56,010 nucleotides of DNA from Candidatus Methanogaster sp. (GCA_003194445.1 PQXF01000009.1:12194-68203); one strand, 5' to 3'; counted from the first letter of the stretch, positions 28,801 to 37,228 are shown. A program made the numbers and translations. Notes: generated from the letters alone by a model not told the origin.

Positions 28801-29402
28801 CTGATACCTTCTTTGCGATTTTTTTGCGGTACCAAAACAGATCCGAAGGTTATGCAACACGATACTCCACTAAAAATTACGTTTCGCCCCTCATAGGTAG
28901 GCATACTGATGAAGGATTACTGGTCATAACCTCACCGGACCCAAATGCAAATGGAAAACTGTTTGATTGGACATATCGCACTCCTTTATCTGAGTATATT
29001 AATACAAACACATGGTACAACATGGAGTTTGCAGTTTGGGACGATAATCTGAAACTCTCTTTGAATGGCATCGAAAAACTTTCTTGTATGGATGATGATA
29101 TTACCATAAATGGCGGCGTAGGATTTGAATTCCATGACAATGGGGGTCGAATTGATAACATCATTGTCCGCCAATACACAGCCCCCGAGCCGACCGTAGA
29201 CCTGCTACAGAAAGGCGACCTCAACTCTGACGGCAAACTCACCCCCGCAGACCCCGCGATCGCGCTTGCAATCGCAGCCGGCGGTTCCGCCTCGTGCGAC
29301 CCGTCAATGCTCGCCGCCGCCGATGTCAGTGGCGACAACCGCGTCACCTCGCTCGACGCACTGATGATCCTGCAGGCGGCGGCAGGAGCGACAGAACTAT
29401 AA
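25854..29402 (+). CDS. Secreted multidomain protein: signal peptide, C39-like peptidase, GDWxGDG beta-propeller repeats, LamG, M23 peptidase, DUF2341, lectin-like domain, dockerin
   Basis: PYFSQ.D.RW..GC..TS.AM...GGHFVV..G..INDP (C39-like); five GDW[ND]G[DN]G repeats; W.FDEG.G...D.SGNGN.G and F.G.IDEVRIYNRAL (LamG); HLGEDWN, YAHL, HLHFE (M23); DIRF...LSYWI..W...VWVKV (DUF2341); GDLNSDG...ADVSGD..VTSLDALMILQ (dockerin). Confidence 0.88.
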   Translation: MNRDTQTFHSNTLLRPTISVCTLLMLIIVAAGVAAAGMPPLPYFSQCDSRWESDKLGGDGPTICSQGCALTSAAMVMVYYGVDTDPKRLNNAIGRGGYDAGYNIYWSAVRNVCHDEINQIEYSPGTVKPFDTTVLNTHLDAKHPVIVNVGGHFVVVTGRSDGTYYINDPISSAKSTLDDYPSRVGMHIYTGNPPDINKPLVGDWNGNGTDTTGIYNYTTANFSLDSGLNISFGISGDIPITGDWNGDGYDTIGVFRPSTAQFFLDYDNDGVSDMNATFGVIGDVPVVGDWDGDGDDNIGVFRPNHSDTGLTMFFLDLDNSGGSADMSVAFGEPEDLPVIGDWDGDGDDNIGLYRPGSTTGVFYLDIDNDGGAADIVTPGYGDLGDIPIAGDWDGDGEDNIGVYRPETGEFFLNAEMPTDVGLVAEWHFDEGSGNILNDSSGNGNDGVIYGATWTAGKSGHALRFDGSGDYVNIPTTSDLNPVDGSWTVEAWINIPTLPPSDYTYPVMAKHNGDMDNGYTLHISGTTRTVNYMVDHYKGPVYKANSIISINTWYHVAGVLDRTTNTLKIFVNGSQMDSTSISGLGTINPSNPLWIGRYNRAARSRYEYFNGTIDEVRIYNRALTADEIKEHYGEISTSDGFDYPVGAPYITQANDGDGWYNAQDFRVNNHLGEDWNGEDGGDTDCGEPVYAVSEGTIVYAADAGSGWGNVMIVRHELPDGTQVESLYAHLQSMSKTRGTVERREQIGTIGKDGWPYCHLHFEMRFSNCSSWGSPGPGYSTDATGWIDPSDFIDLHRPPNFPVDWAYSDLITIQENSGSDLTDYQIRVELNSSNFDFSKTQLDGADIRFAKLDGTLLSYWIGTWNSTGESAKVWVKVSSIPASGTATIRMYYGNSVATSESNGIAAFEFFDDFSTYTLANYDTECSGMNPPIVCGFDWDSINEQLIVSCLGGDCPNYGNRFYPKNLNLTNSVASCDFKIVEEYDPDTFFAIFLRYQNRSEGYATRYSTKNYVSPLIGRHTDEGLLVITSPDPNANGKLFDWTYRTPLSEYINTNTWYNMEFAVWDDNLKLSLNGIEKLSCMDDDITINGGVGFEFHDNGGRIDNIIVRQYTAPEPTVDLLQKGDLNSDGKLTPADPAIALAIAAGGSASCDPSMLAAADVSGDNRVTSLDALMILQAAAGATEL

Positions 29403-29438
29403 TCCGGAACTGTTCAATCCCACAAAAAGAGGCTTTCG

Positions 29439-29756
29439 ATGAAATTACTGGAGAATCTAAAGAAGTCGATATCCAGAAGTCGATATAACATCAGCCTGCA
29501 CGCAAAAAACGAGATGAGCTTAAAAGAAGACGATATATCTGAGAAAGAATTGATTGAATCAATACTGGGCGGAGAGGTAATAGAGAACTACACAGACGAC
29601 AAGCCATTCCCAAGCTGCCTCGTATTCGGAAGGACTGATGAAGGCAGACCGATACATGTGGTCTGTGCGTACTCGAAGGAGGATGATGTGGCAATAATTA
29701 TAACAACTTATGAACCAGATGTGATTAGATGGATCGATTACAGAAGGAGGGTTTAA
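29439..29756 (+). CDS. DUF4258 (BrnT/RelE-like) putative toxin
   Basis: S.HA..EM, GEVIE.Y.DD.P.PS.L.FG....RP.H.VC, IT.Y.PD...W.D...R. Confidence 0.88.
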   Translation: MKLLENLKKSISRSRYNISLHAKNEMSLKEDDISEKELIESILGGEVIENYTDDKPFPSCLVFGRTDEGRPIHVVCAYSKEDDVAIIITTYEPDVIRWIDYRRRV

Positions 29757-30032
29757 ATGATCGTATCAAAATGCGCGATATGCGGCGGAAAAGTTGAAGA
29801 AAAAGAGGTCAGTGAGACGGTGAGGGTCGGAAATGACTTCGTTGTGGTGGAGAACGTCATAGCAGGTGTATGCGCTGGATGTGGGGAGCGATATTATCCG
29901 CCAGGAGTTGTTGATAGACTAAGAGATATCGAGATGCATGCAATGGATCGGGGGGCATTGAAGGGGCTGCATATAGTGGGGCATACATACAGGATAAACT
30001 ATGGCGCCCCAATTCATGGCATTTCTGTTTGA
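29757..30032 (+). CDS. YgiT/MqsA-type Zn-finger putative antitoxin
   Basis: C.ICGG...V..V.A.VC..CGE.YY; abuts the DUF4258 gene. Confidence 0.88.
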   Translation: MIVSKCAICGGKVEEKEVSETVRVGNDFVVVENVIAGVCAGCGERYYPPGVVDRLRDIEMHAMDRGALKGLHIVGHTYRINYGAPIHGISV

Positions 30033-30061
30033 CCCCTCTGTGCGTGGCTTACCACTACGTT

Positions 30062-30241
30062 GCGACCTTAGCCACGACGACCAGATTACCTCCCAGACGC
30101 CGCGCTTGCAATCGCAGCCCGCGGTTCCGCTTCGTGCGATGCCGCACGCTCGCCGCCGCTGACGTGAGTGGCGACCACCGCGTCACCTCGCTCGACGCGC
30201 TCATGATCCTGCAGGCGGCGGGTGGGAGAATAACGCTGTGA
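30062..30241 (+). pseudogene. Degenerate dockerin remnant duplicating the 3' end of the exoprotein gene (about 29215-29400)
   Basis: cgcgcttgcaatcgcagcc..gcggttccgc..cgtgcga and AAADVSGD.RVTSLDALMILQAA match the upstream dockerin, with indels. Confidence 0.85.
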
Positions 30242-30322
30242 CAACCCCACGCTTGCGAACAGACTCGTGCACTCGGACGATTGTGGCCGTAACAATCGCA
30301 TCCGCCGTGGTATGCTTTGTGT

Positions 30323-30573
30323 GTGCGGGACCTGCATCGATGTCTGCCAGAGGAACGCGATCGTGAAGTTGTGAGTGGGTGTGTGCAATTGCTCACACCA
30401 CGATCTCGTGCCGTACACCTGGCTCAGGGTTCTACTTGTGCACCTTCCATAAGACCTCTTCGCCGAACCTGTCGATCAACTGCAAGGTTCTCCGGAGCAC
30501 GGTCTTTGGTCCGAGCACCGCGCCCGGGTCTCTCGGGATCGTCGATGTAATCGGTCTCCATCATGAACCTGCT
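30323..30573. repeat. Copy of the rnfB/tatD convergent junction: rnfB last 52 bp (30323-30374) plus tatD 3' ~200 bp (30375-30573, matches ~35795-35994)
   Basis: gtgcgggacctgcatcgatgtctgcc..aggaacgcgatcgtgaagttgtga followed by near-identical tatD sequence through tcggtctccatcatgaacctgct. Confidence 0.93.
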
Positions 30574-30653
30574 CGATGAGCTGTTCGGCGATCTCGACCC
30601 GGTAACGCTCCGTTATGTCACCAACTCGCTGAAATGGATCAATACCCGAGTTT
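30572..30653 (+). pseudogene. Second remnant of an AtwA-like ABC ATPase (Walker B/D-loop region)
   Basis: Translates LDELFGDLDPVTLRYVTNSLKWINT, cf. recalled LDEPFGDLDP.TLR.V.NSLK.IN. Confidence 0.65.
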
Positions 30654-30731
30654 CTCATCTTCCAGCTCTTATCGCTTAACAGAAATTCCTCTCTTCCGGA
30701 TGCTCTGACCTAATCACACGGTCCGGAAATC

Positions 30732-32408
30732 TTAAAAGTACCTGATCTGATACCTGTACCCCTGCTCCACCAAAAATAGCTGCCGATTACTCCCGAACGT
30801 CTGTTCAACGGTACCTTTCGAGACCAAGGTGTAGAAATGAGATGCATGTTCTTTCGGACGAAGAATGCGCCCCAACCGTTGCGCCTCCTCCTGACGCGAA
30901 CCATAAGTGCCTGATATCTGAATCATAACACTGGCATCAGGCAGATCCACGGAAAAGTTTGCGACCTTGGATACCACAAGCGTATTGATCTCACCCTTCC
31001 TGAACTCGTCATATAGCTTCTCCCTATCATCCTGTTTGGTCTTACCGGTGATGATCGGAAGCTTTAGTGATTTGGCAAGCTTCTCTATCTGCGAGATGAA
31101 TTGACCGATGATCAGGACGCTCTCGCCTGCGTGGTTCTCCAGGAGCTCGCACACAAGCTCTTTCTTGCGCTCGTTCTCTGCTGCGATGCGAAACTTAGCC
31201 CGTTTATCAGCATGAGCGTAGTTAAGCTCCTCTTCAGGCGAAAGCGGGACGCGATACTCGGTACAGATGGCTTCTGCGATGTAGCCGCGGCTCTCAAGCG
31301 TCTTCCACGGAACATCGTACCGCTTCGGACCGATCAGCGCAAAGACATCCTCCTCCTTCCCATCCTCGCGCACCAGCGTCGCAGTAAGCCCGAGCCGTCG
31401 TCTGGCTTGAATTTCTGTTGTTGCACGAAATACCGGCGCCGGGAGTATATGCACCTCATCATATATAATTAGCCCCCAGTTATGCTCGGTAAAGATCTTT
31501 AAGTTGTGAAGCGGACTATCCTTTGTTTTACGGTGTGTTAGCATCTGGTATGTGGTGATTGTGATCGGCTTAATCTCTTTGATGCGCCCGGTATACTCGC
31601 CGATCTCCGCTTCGTTGACGCTGGTCTTTGCGATAAGTTCATCGCGCCACTGCGCAACAGAGACCGTATTGGTGGCGATGATCAACGTGTAACTTGATAC
31701 CTGTGCCATCGTTCCAAGCCCTATAATCGTCTTACCAGAACCACACGGAAGAACAATCACTCCACTGCCACCGGTTTTATCTCCTGCACAGTAAAAGAGA
31801 TCTACAGCCTCCTCCTGGTAATCGCGCAGCGCAAATGAGTCGCCTCCGAGATCAATGTCGCGCAGAGTAATGTCGAATCGTTCGCCGTCCAGATAGCCGC
31901 ACAGGTCCTTGACAGGGTAGCCCGCCTTTATCAACGCATGCTTAAGATCGCCGCGTCTTGCTTGCGGTATGAATAGTCCGGGAATGTTGCCGTTATCCAC
32001 CTCCACCCAGAAGCCTTCCAACGACTCGTTGTTACTGATTCGTTCCAGAATAGGGGAGTCTGTAACAACAAGCTCCAGATAGCCCTCTGCGACTTTGGCT
32101 TTCTGTAACACCAGCTTACCATAAGTCTCGTACCACTCCCTCATATCAGTGATGACATTTGACGGAACGCTGTAACGCGAGAACTCTTCAAGACCGCAAG
32201 TGATCTCTTTAAACGGCACATCCAGTGCTGCCGCATTCCAGAGCGAGAGCGGCGTTACCCGATATGTGTGGATGAACTCTGGCGATTTTACCAGCTCTGC
32301 AAATAGTGATAGGAAATCCCGGCATTCTACGTACCCCGGGTGCCCGACCTCAAGCATCAACGTGCGATCACTCTGGATTATGAGTGGCTTTTGTGGTTGT
32401 GAGCTCAT
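30732..32408 (-). CDS. Bacterial-type XPB/Rad25 SF2 helicase/translocase
   Basis: PLIIQSDRTL.LEV, ELVKSPE..HTYR.TPLSLWNAAA, LPCGSGKT, DEVH, LGLTATLVREDG, GSRQEEAQRLGRILRPK. Confidence 0.95.
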   Translation of the reverse strand: MSSQPQKPLIIQSDRTLMLEVGHPGYVECRDFLSLFAELVKSPEFIHTYRVTPLSLWNAAALDVPFKEITCGLEEFSRYSVPSNVITDMREWYETYGKLVLQKAKVAEGYLELVVTDSPILERISNNESLEGFWVEVDNGNIPGLFIPQARRGDLKHALIKAGYPVKDLCGYLDGERFDITLRDIDLGGDSFALRDYQEEAVDLFYCAGDKTGGSGVIVLPCGSGKTIIGLGTMAQVSSYTLIIATNTVSVAQWRDELIAKTSVNEAEIGEYTGRIKEIKPITITTYQMLTHRKTKDSPLHNLKIFTEHNWGLIIYDEVHILPAPVFRATTEIQARRRLGLTATLVREDGKEEDVFALIGPKRYDVPWKTLESRGYIAEAICTEYRVPLSPEEELNYAHADKRAKFRIAAENERKKELVCELLENHAGESVLIIGQFISQIEKLAKSLKLPIITGKTKQDDREKLYDEFRKGEINTLVVSKVANFSVDLPDASVMIQISGTYGSRQEEAQRLGRILRPKEHASHFYTLVSKGTVEQTFGSNRQLFLVEQGYRYQIRYF

Positions 32409-34120
32409 AGAATATCCTCGGTCTTGATTGTGTAATCTAACAGTTTCTTACTGACTTTCTTTACCTCTGGTTCGTAACGTTTGTCAAAGGAGAGTGTCAA
32501 TTTACCCCAATCAGCAGCAACCGGGCATCCGGCAACTATAAGTCCATTTCGGAACTCTTCCATCAATTCTTTTGCCGGGAAGTGAAATGTGATCCGAACT
32601 TCCCGTTTGATCGTCACACGTTTCTTTGTTTTTGCTTTTGTCTTTGATTTCGCTTTTGAAACGCCCATATCGCGTCTGGGGAATACCGTGTCTGTACCGT
32701 CCGGGAGGCGCGTAAAAGCCGAAGAGCGATGTTTTATGCGGAGAGGGATCAACTCCTTCTGCAGAAGATGCGCAAACAACTGGTCGGGCGAACGCACGAT
32801 CTTAATTGCAGGCGATATGGATCCGATCGTGAATTCGTCGAGTTCAGGCAAATTGCGATCTCCCTCGAGAAGCACGACATCCTCGTAGAGTGTGAATGCT
32901 TCTGAAGCCCCAGCCCACTCTTCGAGTTCGATTCGAACATTCTGTGGCAGTTTCTGACCGCTCATCTTCTCCAGGAGCTTGATCACATCAAAATCTTCTC
33001 TTTCGCTTAATTGGGTCAGAACCTTCTTTTTCCGAAGTTTTAAGATGTTTGCTCTGTCTTTTGTTACGACATCCGCAAGTTTTGTCAGTTGCGTAAGAAT
33101 CAGAACCGGATACAATTCCGATTCCACATGTATCTCAAAATTCGGCTGCACTGTAACTTTGGGCTCTATGATCTCATGGCTCATCACGTGCAGGAACAGA
33201 TCATTGATCCGAAACGCCAGAAGCTGATTCATCTCGGGCAGAAGTCCTTTATACTCTGTTTCGGAGTAGGCAACCTCGATATATCCTAAAATAAGGGGCA
33301 ATCCTTCAAGGAATCGTTCCACAAAGCGACCTTCCACTCGCTCAAACGCATCCGCATCACCCTCTGAAATCTGCATCCTCTCGCCCCACCTCTCCTTTTG
33401 CTCCTGAAAGTTGCCATACCGACCCTTCTTTGCATACTCTTTATGTGAATATTTGGGATTCTCCGGAATGAGGAAGAATGGATGATGTTCTTTCAGATAT
33501 CGGATCAATGAGGCTGTAGTATACCAAACACCAGGCGTGCAGGATTGCAAAACCTTGGTAATAAACCGTCTTGCTTTGCCAAAGTCTAATCCCGGAATAA
33601 TGCCAGTCCCCGATCCCCAGGTCGAGAACCCGGATAGCCTGCCAAGTATACTTGTCTCGTAAAACTCATTTTCACCATCGGGATAATTTTTTATTACTAC
33701 GTCCTGAAGCTTCTTCTCCTGCTCTATTAACGGTAAACTGATGAACTCTTCGTATCTTTTGGTATCAACGTCGATGTAATTGTCAGGAAATGACGGTTCA
33801 CTGCTGTAATACCCCATATACCTCCCCTCGGTGTCATAGTTTACGAACTTGAATGTGAGCGCCAGGCAATCGACATAATCTATCCAGTCAGAACGTCCGT
33901 ACGCCTCTACTTCTTCTACCAGATAAGAATCGCTCATGAGTTTTGCCAATCGCTTTTGATCAGACTTGTTCAACTCATTACTCCGGTGTAACCGTTTTAC
34001 ATCGCGCTCTTTCACATACTCAACAAAAGCATGTAGATCATGGCGCAGATCGCACTGGTTGGAAACAATGCTCAGTTCGTCGATATCCGCCTGGGTTAAG
34101 TCTGGTTTTGGTTGCATCAT
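32405..34120 (-). CDS. Helicase-associated (Helicase_C_3, XPB-NTD-like) domain protein
   Basis: VTVQPNFEI, L..LA......., LPQNV..ELEEW motif; overlaps the XPB start. Confidence 0.8.
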   Translation of the reverse strand: MMQPKPDLTQADIDELSIVSNQCDLRHDLHAFVEYVKERDVKRLHRSNELNKSDQKRLAKLMSDSYLVEEVEAYGRSDWIDYVDCLALTFKFVNYDTEGRYMGYYSSEPSFPDNYIDVDTKRYEEFISLPLIEQEKKLQDVVIKNYPDGENEFYETSILGRLSGFSTWGSGTGIIPGLDFGKARRFITKVLQSCTPGVWYTTASLIRYLKEHHPFFLIPENPKYSHKEYAKKGRYGNFQEQKERWGERMQISEGDADAFERVEGRFVERFLEGLPLILGYIEVAYSETEYKGLLPEMNQLLAFRINDLFLHVMSHEIIEPKVTVQPNFEIHVESELYPVLILTQLTKLADVVTKDRANILKLRKKKVLTQLSEREDFDVIKLLEKMSGQKLPQNVRIELEEWAGASEAFTLYEDVVLLEGDRNLPELDEFTIGSISPAIKIVRSPDQLFAHLLQKELIPLRIKHRSSAFTRLPDGTDTVFPRRDMGVSKAKSKTKAKTKKRVTIKREVRITFHFPAKELMEEFRNGLIVAGCPVAADWGKLTLSFDKRYEPEVKKVSKKLLDYTIKTEDIL

Positions 34121-35538
34121 TCATTCCTCGCCTTCTTGACCACGTGCCCCGACGCGCTCACTATCTTCTGAATCGCCGGGAGAACGCCACAGGGAAAGGC
34201 GATATAATCATCCGGAAGCGATACAAGTTGCGAACCGTTGCATGACTTTTCGATCTGCACCTTAAGGCTCAGATCTTTTACCTGTGCAACCATCAGGTCT
34301 TCATGAATGATCTGTTTACCCCATCTCTTTTCAGCAATCTCAATTGCACTGCGAAAACCAGATGAATTCTCTCTGAGCCACTCAAAAATACCTTCTTTTC
34401 GAACCGTCGTGAGCGCATCCCCAATCTTAATGATATCTGCGGTTGCTCGCAGGTTGGCGTTATGAATATCCATGAGTGCGATCGAAGCTATCACTTCCAG
34501 TGCGGTATAAGGGATTTTCACCAGATCCAGCACTACCGTACCATCGGGCGCAATCTGTAGGTACTGATCAGGCGTTGGTGCGGCTGCGTCGTCTAAGGAA
34601 TCATCAGGTAACCGATAGTATGCCGTCATATCCACCACGACTTTTACAAGGCAGCCCCACTCCCAGCCCGCCTCGCAGATCTGTTCGCAGGGGTGATTTA
34701 CATCATCTCCTGTAAATATCTTGAGTATCACTTCGAGACCGTCGGCGGGTAGCCATTCATGCTCTCCAAGTTGTGCAATTGCATAGAGTGCAGCATCAAC
34801 GGGAGCCATATCATCGCTCGGATAACCTGGATAACCCCGATCCTCAGTATCGGTTTTAATAGACGCACGCATGCAAGCTTTCTGCCAATCCAACAGGTAT
34901 TTTGCTCTGAACTGTTCGCGCCCGATAGACAGATTACCCTCGTTGATTGTAAGTTTGAACGACCGTCTGTCTGATTTTGATAATGGAGATGGTCTTTTTC
35001 TCTCCCCTCCCGCAAGCTCAAGCAGTTTATCACGCAGAACTTCTCTCTTGAACTTTCCGGTTTTTTTGAATTTGGAAGCCTTGACGAGTGGTGGAAGAAA
35101 ACTCCCGAATTCCGGAGGAAAATAGAATTGTAAGCGTTCCATCTTGGTAGACTTTCCATATGTTTCTCGCTCTATGGCGATGAGTACACCCTTTCGCACC
35201 AGATTACTCTTCACTTTTTTGAATGTTTCTTTATACCGTTTGGTAAAAGTCATGTAATAATATCCTTTTGTGGATTCTGCGCAACCATATAATCTCTCGA
35301 AGTACTCGATACCAACTTCCTCCTTAATCTTATCAAGCAAGTGGAGGAACACAACTTCCTTGTAGGTTAATGAGTCCAGTACTTCCTTTATGCCAATCGT
35401 GGAGATGAAGAAGTTCTCAAAGACGTCACGAGAAGTCGCCTCTTTGGCAGAAAAACCGCGGCTTTTGCAGATCGCCTTTATATCGGAGTCAGTGATATCG
35501 CTTTTACACATCTGCTTCAGCATACTTTGCGTATCCAT
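34117..35538 (-). CDS. Hypothetical protein, first gene of the XPB operon, possibly with a degenerate Helicase_C_3-like domain
   Basis: Likely start MDTQSML at 35538; overlaps the next gene; LQIAPDGTVVL segment resembles the QPNFEI strand. Confidence 0.7.
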   Translation of the reverse strand: MDTQSMLKQMCKSDITDSDIKAICKSRGFSAKEATSRDVFENFFISTIGIKEVLDSLTYKEVVFLHLLDKIKEEVGIEYFERLYGCAESTKGYYYMTFTKRYKETFKKVKSNLVRKGVLIAIERETYGKSTKMERLQFYFPPEFGSFLPPLVKASKFKKTGKFKREVLRDKLLELAGGERKRPSPLSKSDRRSFKLTINEGNLSIGREQFRAKYLLDWQKACMRASIKTDTEDRGYPGYPSDDMAPVDAALYAIAQLGEHEWLPADGLEVILKIFTGDDVNHPCEQICEAGWEWGCLVKVVVDMTAYYRLPDDSLDDAAAPTPDQYLQIAPDGTVVLDLVKIPYTALEVIASIALMDIHNANLRATADIIKIGDALTTVRKEGIFEWLRENSSGFRSAIEIAEKRWGKQIIHEDLMVAQVKDLSLKVQIEKSCNGSQLVSLPDDYIAFPCGVLPAIQKIVSASGHVVKKARNE

Positions 35539-35700
35539 TGGAATAGCCTCTCTTTGGGTATACCTTAAGTCCATATGTCGATGACTTTTGTCCCTTCTTT
35601 TTAGACGCGGGGCATCGATCATAATACTTACCAAATCTCGTGGATTTCGCACAATGATATAATTCCATTAACATCAAAACACACAAGTGGATCAGGTGCC

Positions 35701-35781
35701 TGCCATGATCGATCAAGAGAAATGCACTCAGTGCAGGACATGCATCGATGTGCGCCCGATAACATGATTGTGAAACTGTGA
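35701..35781 (+). repeat. Diverged copy 3 of the rnfB 3' end, directly facing the true tatD stop
   Basis: tgccatgatcgatcaagagaaatgcactcagtgcaggacatgcatcgatgtgcgcccgataacatgattgtgaaactgtga aligns with 23282-23363. Confidence 0.88.
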
Positions 35782-35814
35782 GTAAATGAGCCGGTGTGCG
35801 GTGTGGGCAGTTGC

Positions 35815-36654
35815 TCATACAACGATCTCGATGCCATACACCTGCTCAGGGTTCTCCTTGTGCACCTTCCAGAAAACCTCCTCACCGAACTTATCGACCA
35901 ACTGCAAGGTTCTCCGGGGCACGGTCTTTGGCCCAAGCACCGCGCCGGGTCTCTCGGGGTCGTCGATGTAATCGGTCTCCATCATGAACCTGCTTCCCTC
36001 GATAAGCGCGCTCTCGATCGCGCCCTTGCCTGCAAGCACCCCCGGAAAGAGCCCTTCGCGTTCAAAAACATGTATCAGCGGCGGAGCATAATGCTTGACC
36101 ACCTTTCCGGGCGAAATCCCGGATCTCTTCGCAATCGCGGTAAGATCCGCGATCACTGCCGCGTCCGCAGTCTCGGTGTGGAGTTGCACAGCGCATCCGG
36201 CGTCACGCGCGAGAGTCATGCCGTAAGCCATGATGCGGTTGGACGCATCCCACGCGCTTCCAGAGACCTCGTAATGCGGTCTTCCGGTCTTGATGGCTAT
36301 CGCCTCATTCTCACAAACGAAACGTTGTGCGATCTCGAGCCCGGCAATCATCAACTCCTCTGCCCGCGTCTGCCCCACGCGGTCGGATAGCACCGTGATC
36401 TCGGCGGGATGGACGCCAAGCACAGGAAACGCGGTAACTCCAATATCAGACCGGTTCACCTCACGCGCGATACTGATCGTCTCTTCGAAGACCGGTTCGT
36501 AGTCACTTGGCTTTGTTATCGCAATACCAAGTGTCCATGATGGCTTTGATACAAGGATGATGTGTGTGCCACCCGCGCGGGCAAACTCCTTGACCGCCAT
36601 GAGTCCCTTTCCCCGGCGATCGAGATGGATATGATTGTCAGTTATCGGGATCAT
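35815..36654 (-). CDS. tatD: TatD-related metallohydrolase (archaeal)
   Basis: DNHIH, GVHPAE, GRPHY, QLHTE, KHYA, METDY.DDP.RPGAVLGPKTVP. Confidence 0.9.
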   Translation of the reverse strand: MIPITDNHIHLDRRGKGLMAVKEFARAGGTHIILVSKPSWTLGIAITKPSDYEPVFEETISIAREVNRSDIGVTAFPVLGVHPAEITVLSDRVGQTRAEELMIAGLEIAQRFVCENEAIAIKTGRPHYEVSGSAWDASNRIMAYGMTLARDAGCAVQLHTETADAAVIADLTAIAKRSGISPGKVVKHYAPPLIHVFEREGLFPGVLAGKGAIESALIEGSRFMMETDYIDDPERPGAVLGPKTVPRRTLQLVDKFGEEVFWKVHKENPEQVYGIEIVV

Positions 36655-36664
36655 GGATCAGAAA

Positions 36665-37228
36665 TCATAACAATCCAAGTTCATCGAGATCATTTACAAT
36701 TTTGATGACGACAAGTTTCGAGTCTTCCGGAGTTTTGCATCCTGTGATAATCATTTTACCAGATCCAAATAGCAACACGACCGATTTCGGCTCTTTAATC
36801 CGGTAAACAAGTCCCGGAAACTGCTCTGGCTCGTATTCAATGTTTTCGAACCCAAGACCCATCGAAACGGCATCGAGATTGATCACGCATCCAAGGTCGG
36901 CAGATGAAACGATATTGTGTAGAACAAGTTCGGTCTGTCCCTCTGTACTGGTCCCGATCTCTTCAAGTTTCTCAAATATCTTTGTTACCCCGATCTTTAC
37001 ATCTGAGATCTTCTTTGCACCCGTACACACGATCTTCCCGCTTCCGAAGACAAGAACCGCAAGCTTTGGCTCTTTGAGGCGATAGATCGCTCCGGGAAAT
37101 CTCTTTTTGTTGTATTCAGCTCCCTCTATCAACTGTGACACGCGTTCGAGATCGATGGTGCTTGTTATCGAGGTGGACGCAACCACATTCTCGATTTTGA
37201 TCGTTTTTGGGATATTTTCAAGGGACAT
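36665..37228 (-). CDS. tbp: TATA-box binding protein
   Basis: IENVVAS, FPG.IYR..EPK...LVFGSGK.VCTGAK; second repeat YEPEQFPGLVYR. Confidence 0.97.
   Translation of the reverse strand: MSLENIPKTIKIENVVASTSITSTIDLERVSQLIEGAEYNKKRFPGAIYRLKEPKLAVLVFGSGKIVCTGAKKISDVKIGVTKIFEKLEEIGTSTEGQTELVLHNIVSSADLGCVINLDAVSMGLGFENIEYEPEQFPGLVYRIKEPKSVVLLFGSGKMIITGCKTPEDSKLVVIKIVNDLDELGLL

Noticed and set aside
35794-36390. 198-aa plus-strand ORF and similar long antisense ORFs (8808-9626, 12071-12763, 47224-47850)
   Set aside because: Shadow ORFs opposite well-supported genes, with no recognisable motifs
36665-37228. Functional link between TBP and the nearby XPB operon (TFIIH-like transcription role)
   Set aside because: tbp-tatD belong to the backbone while XPB lies inside a repeat-bounded cassette, so the proximity is probably incidental
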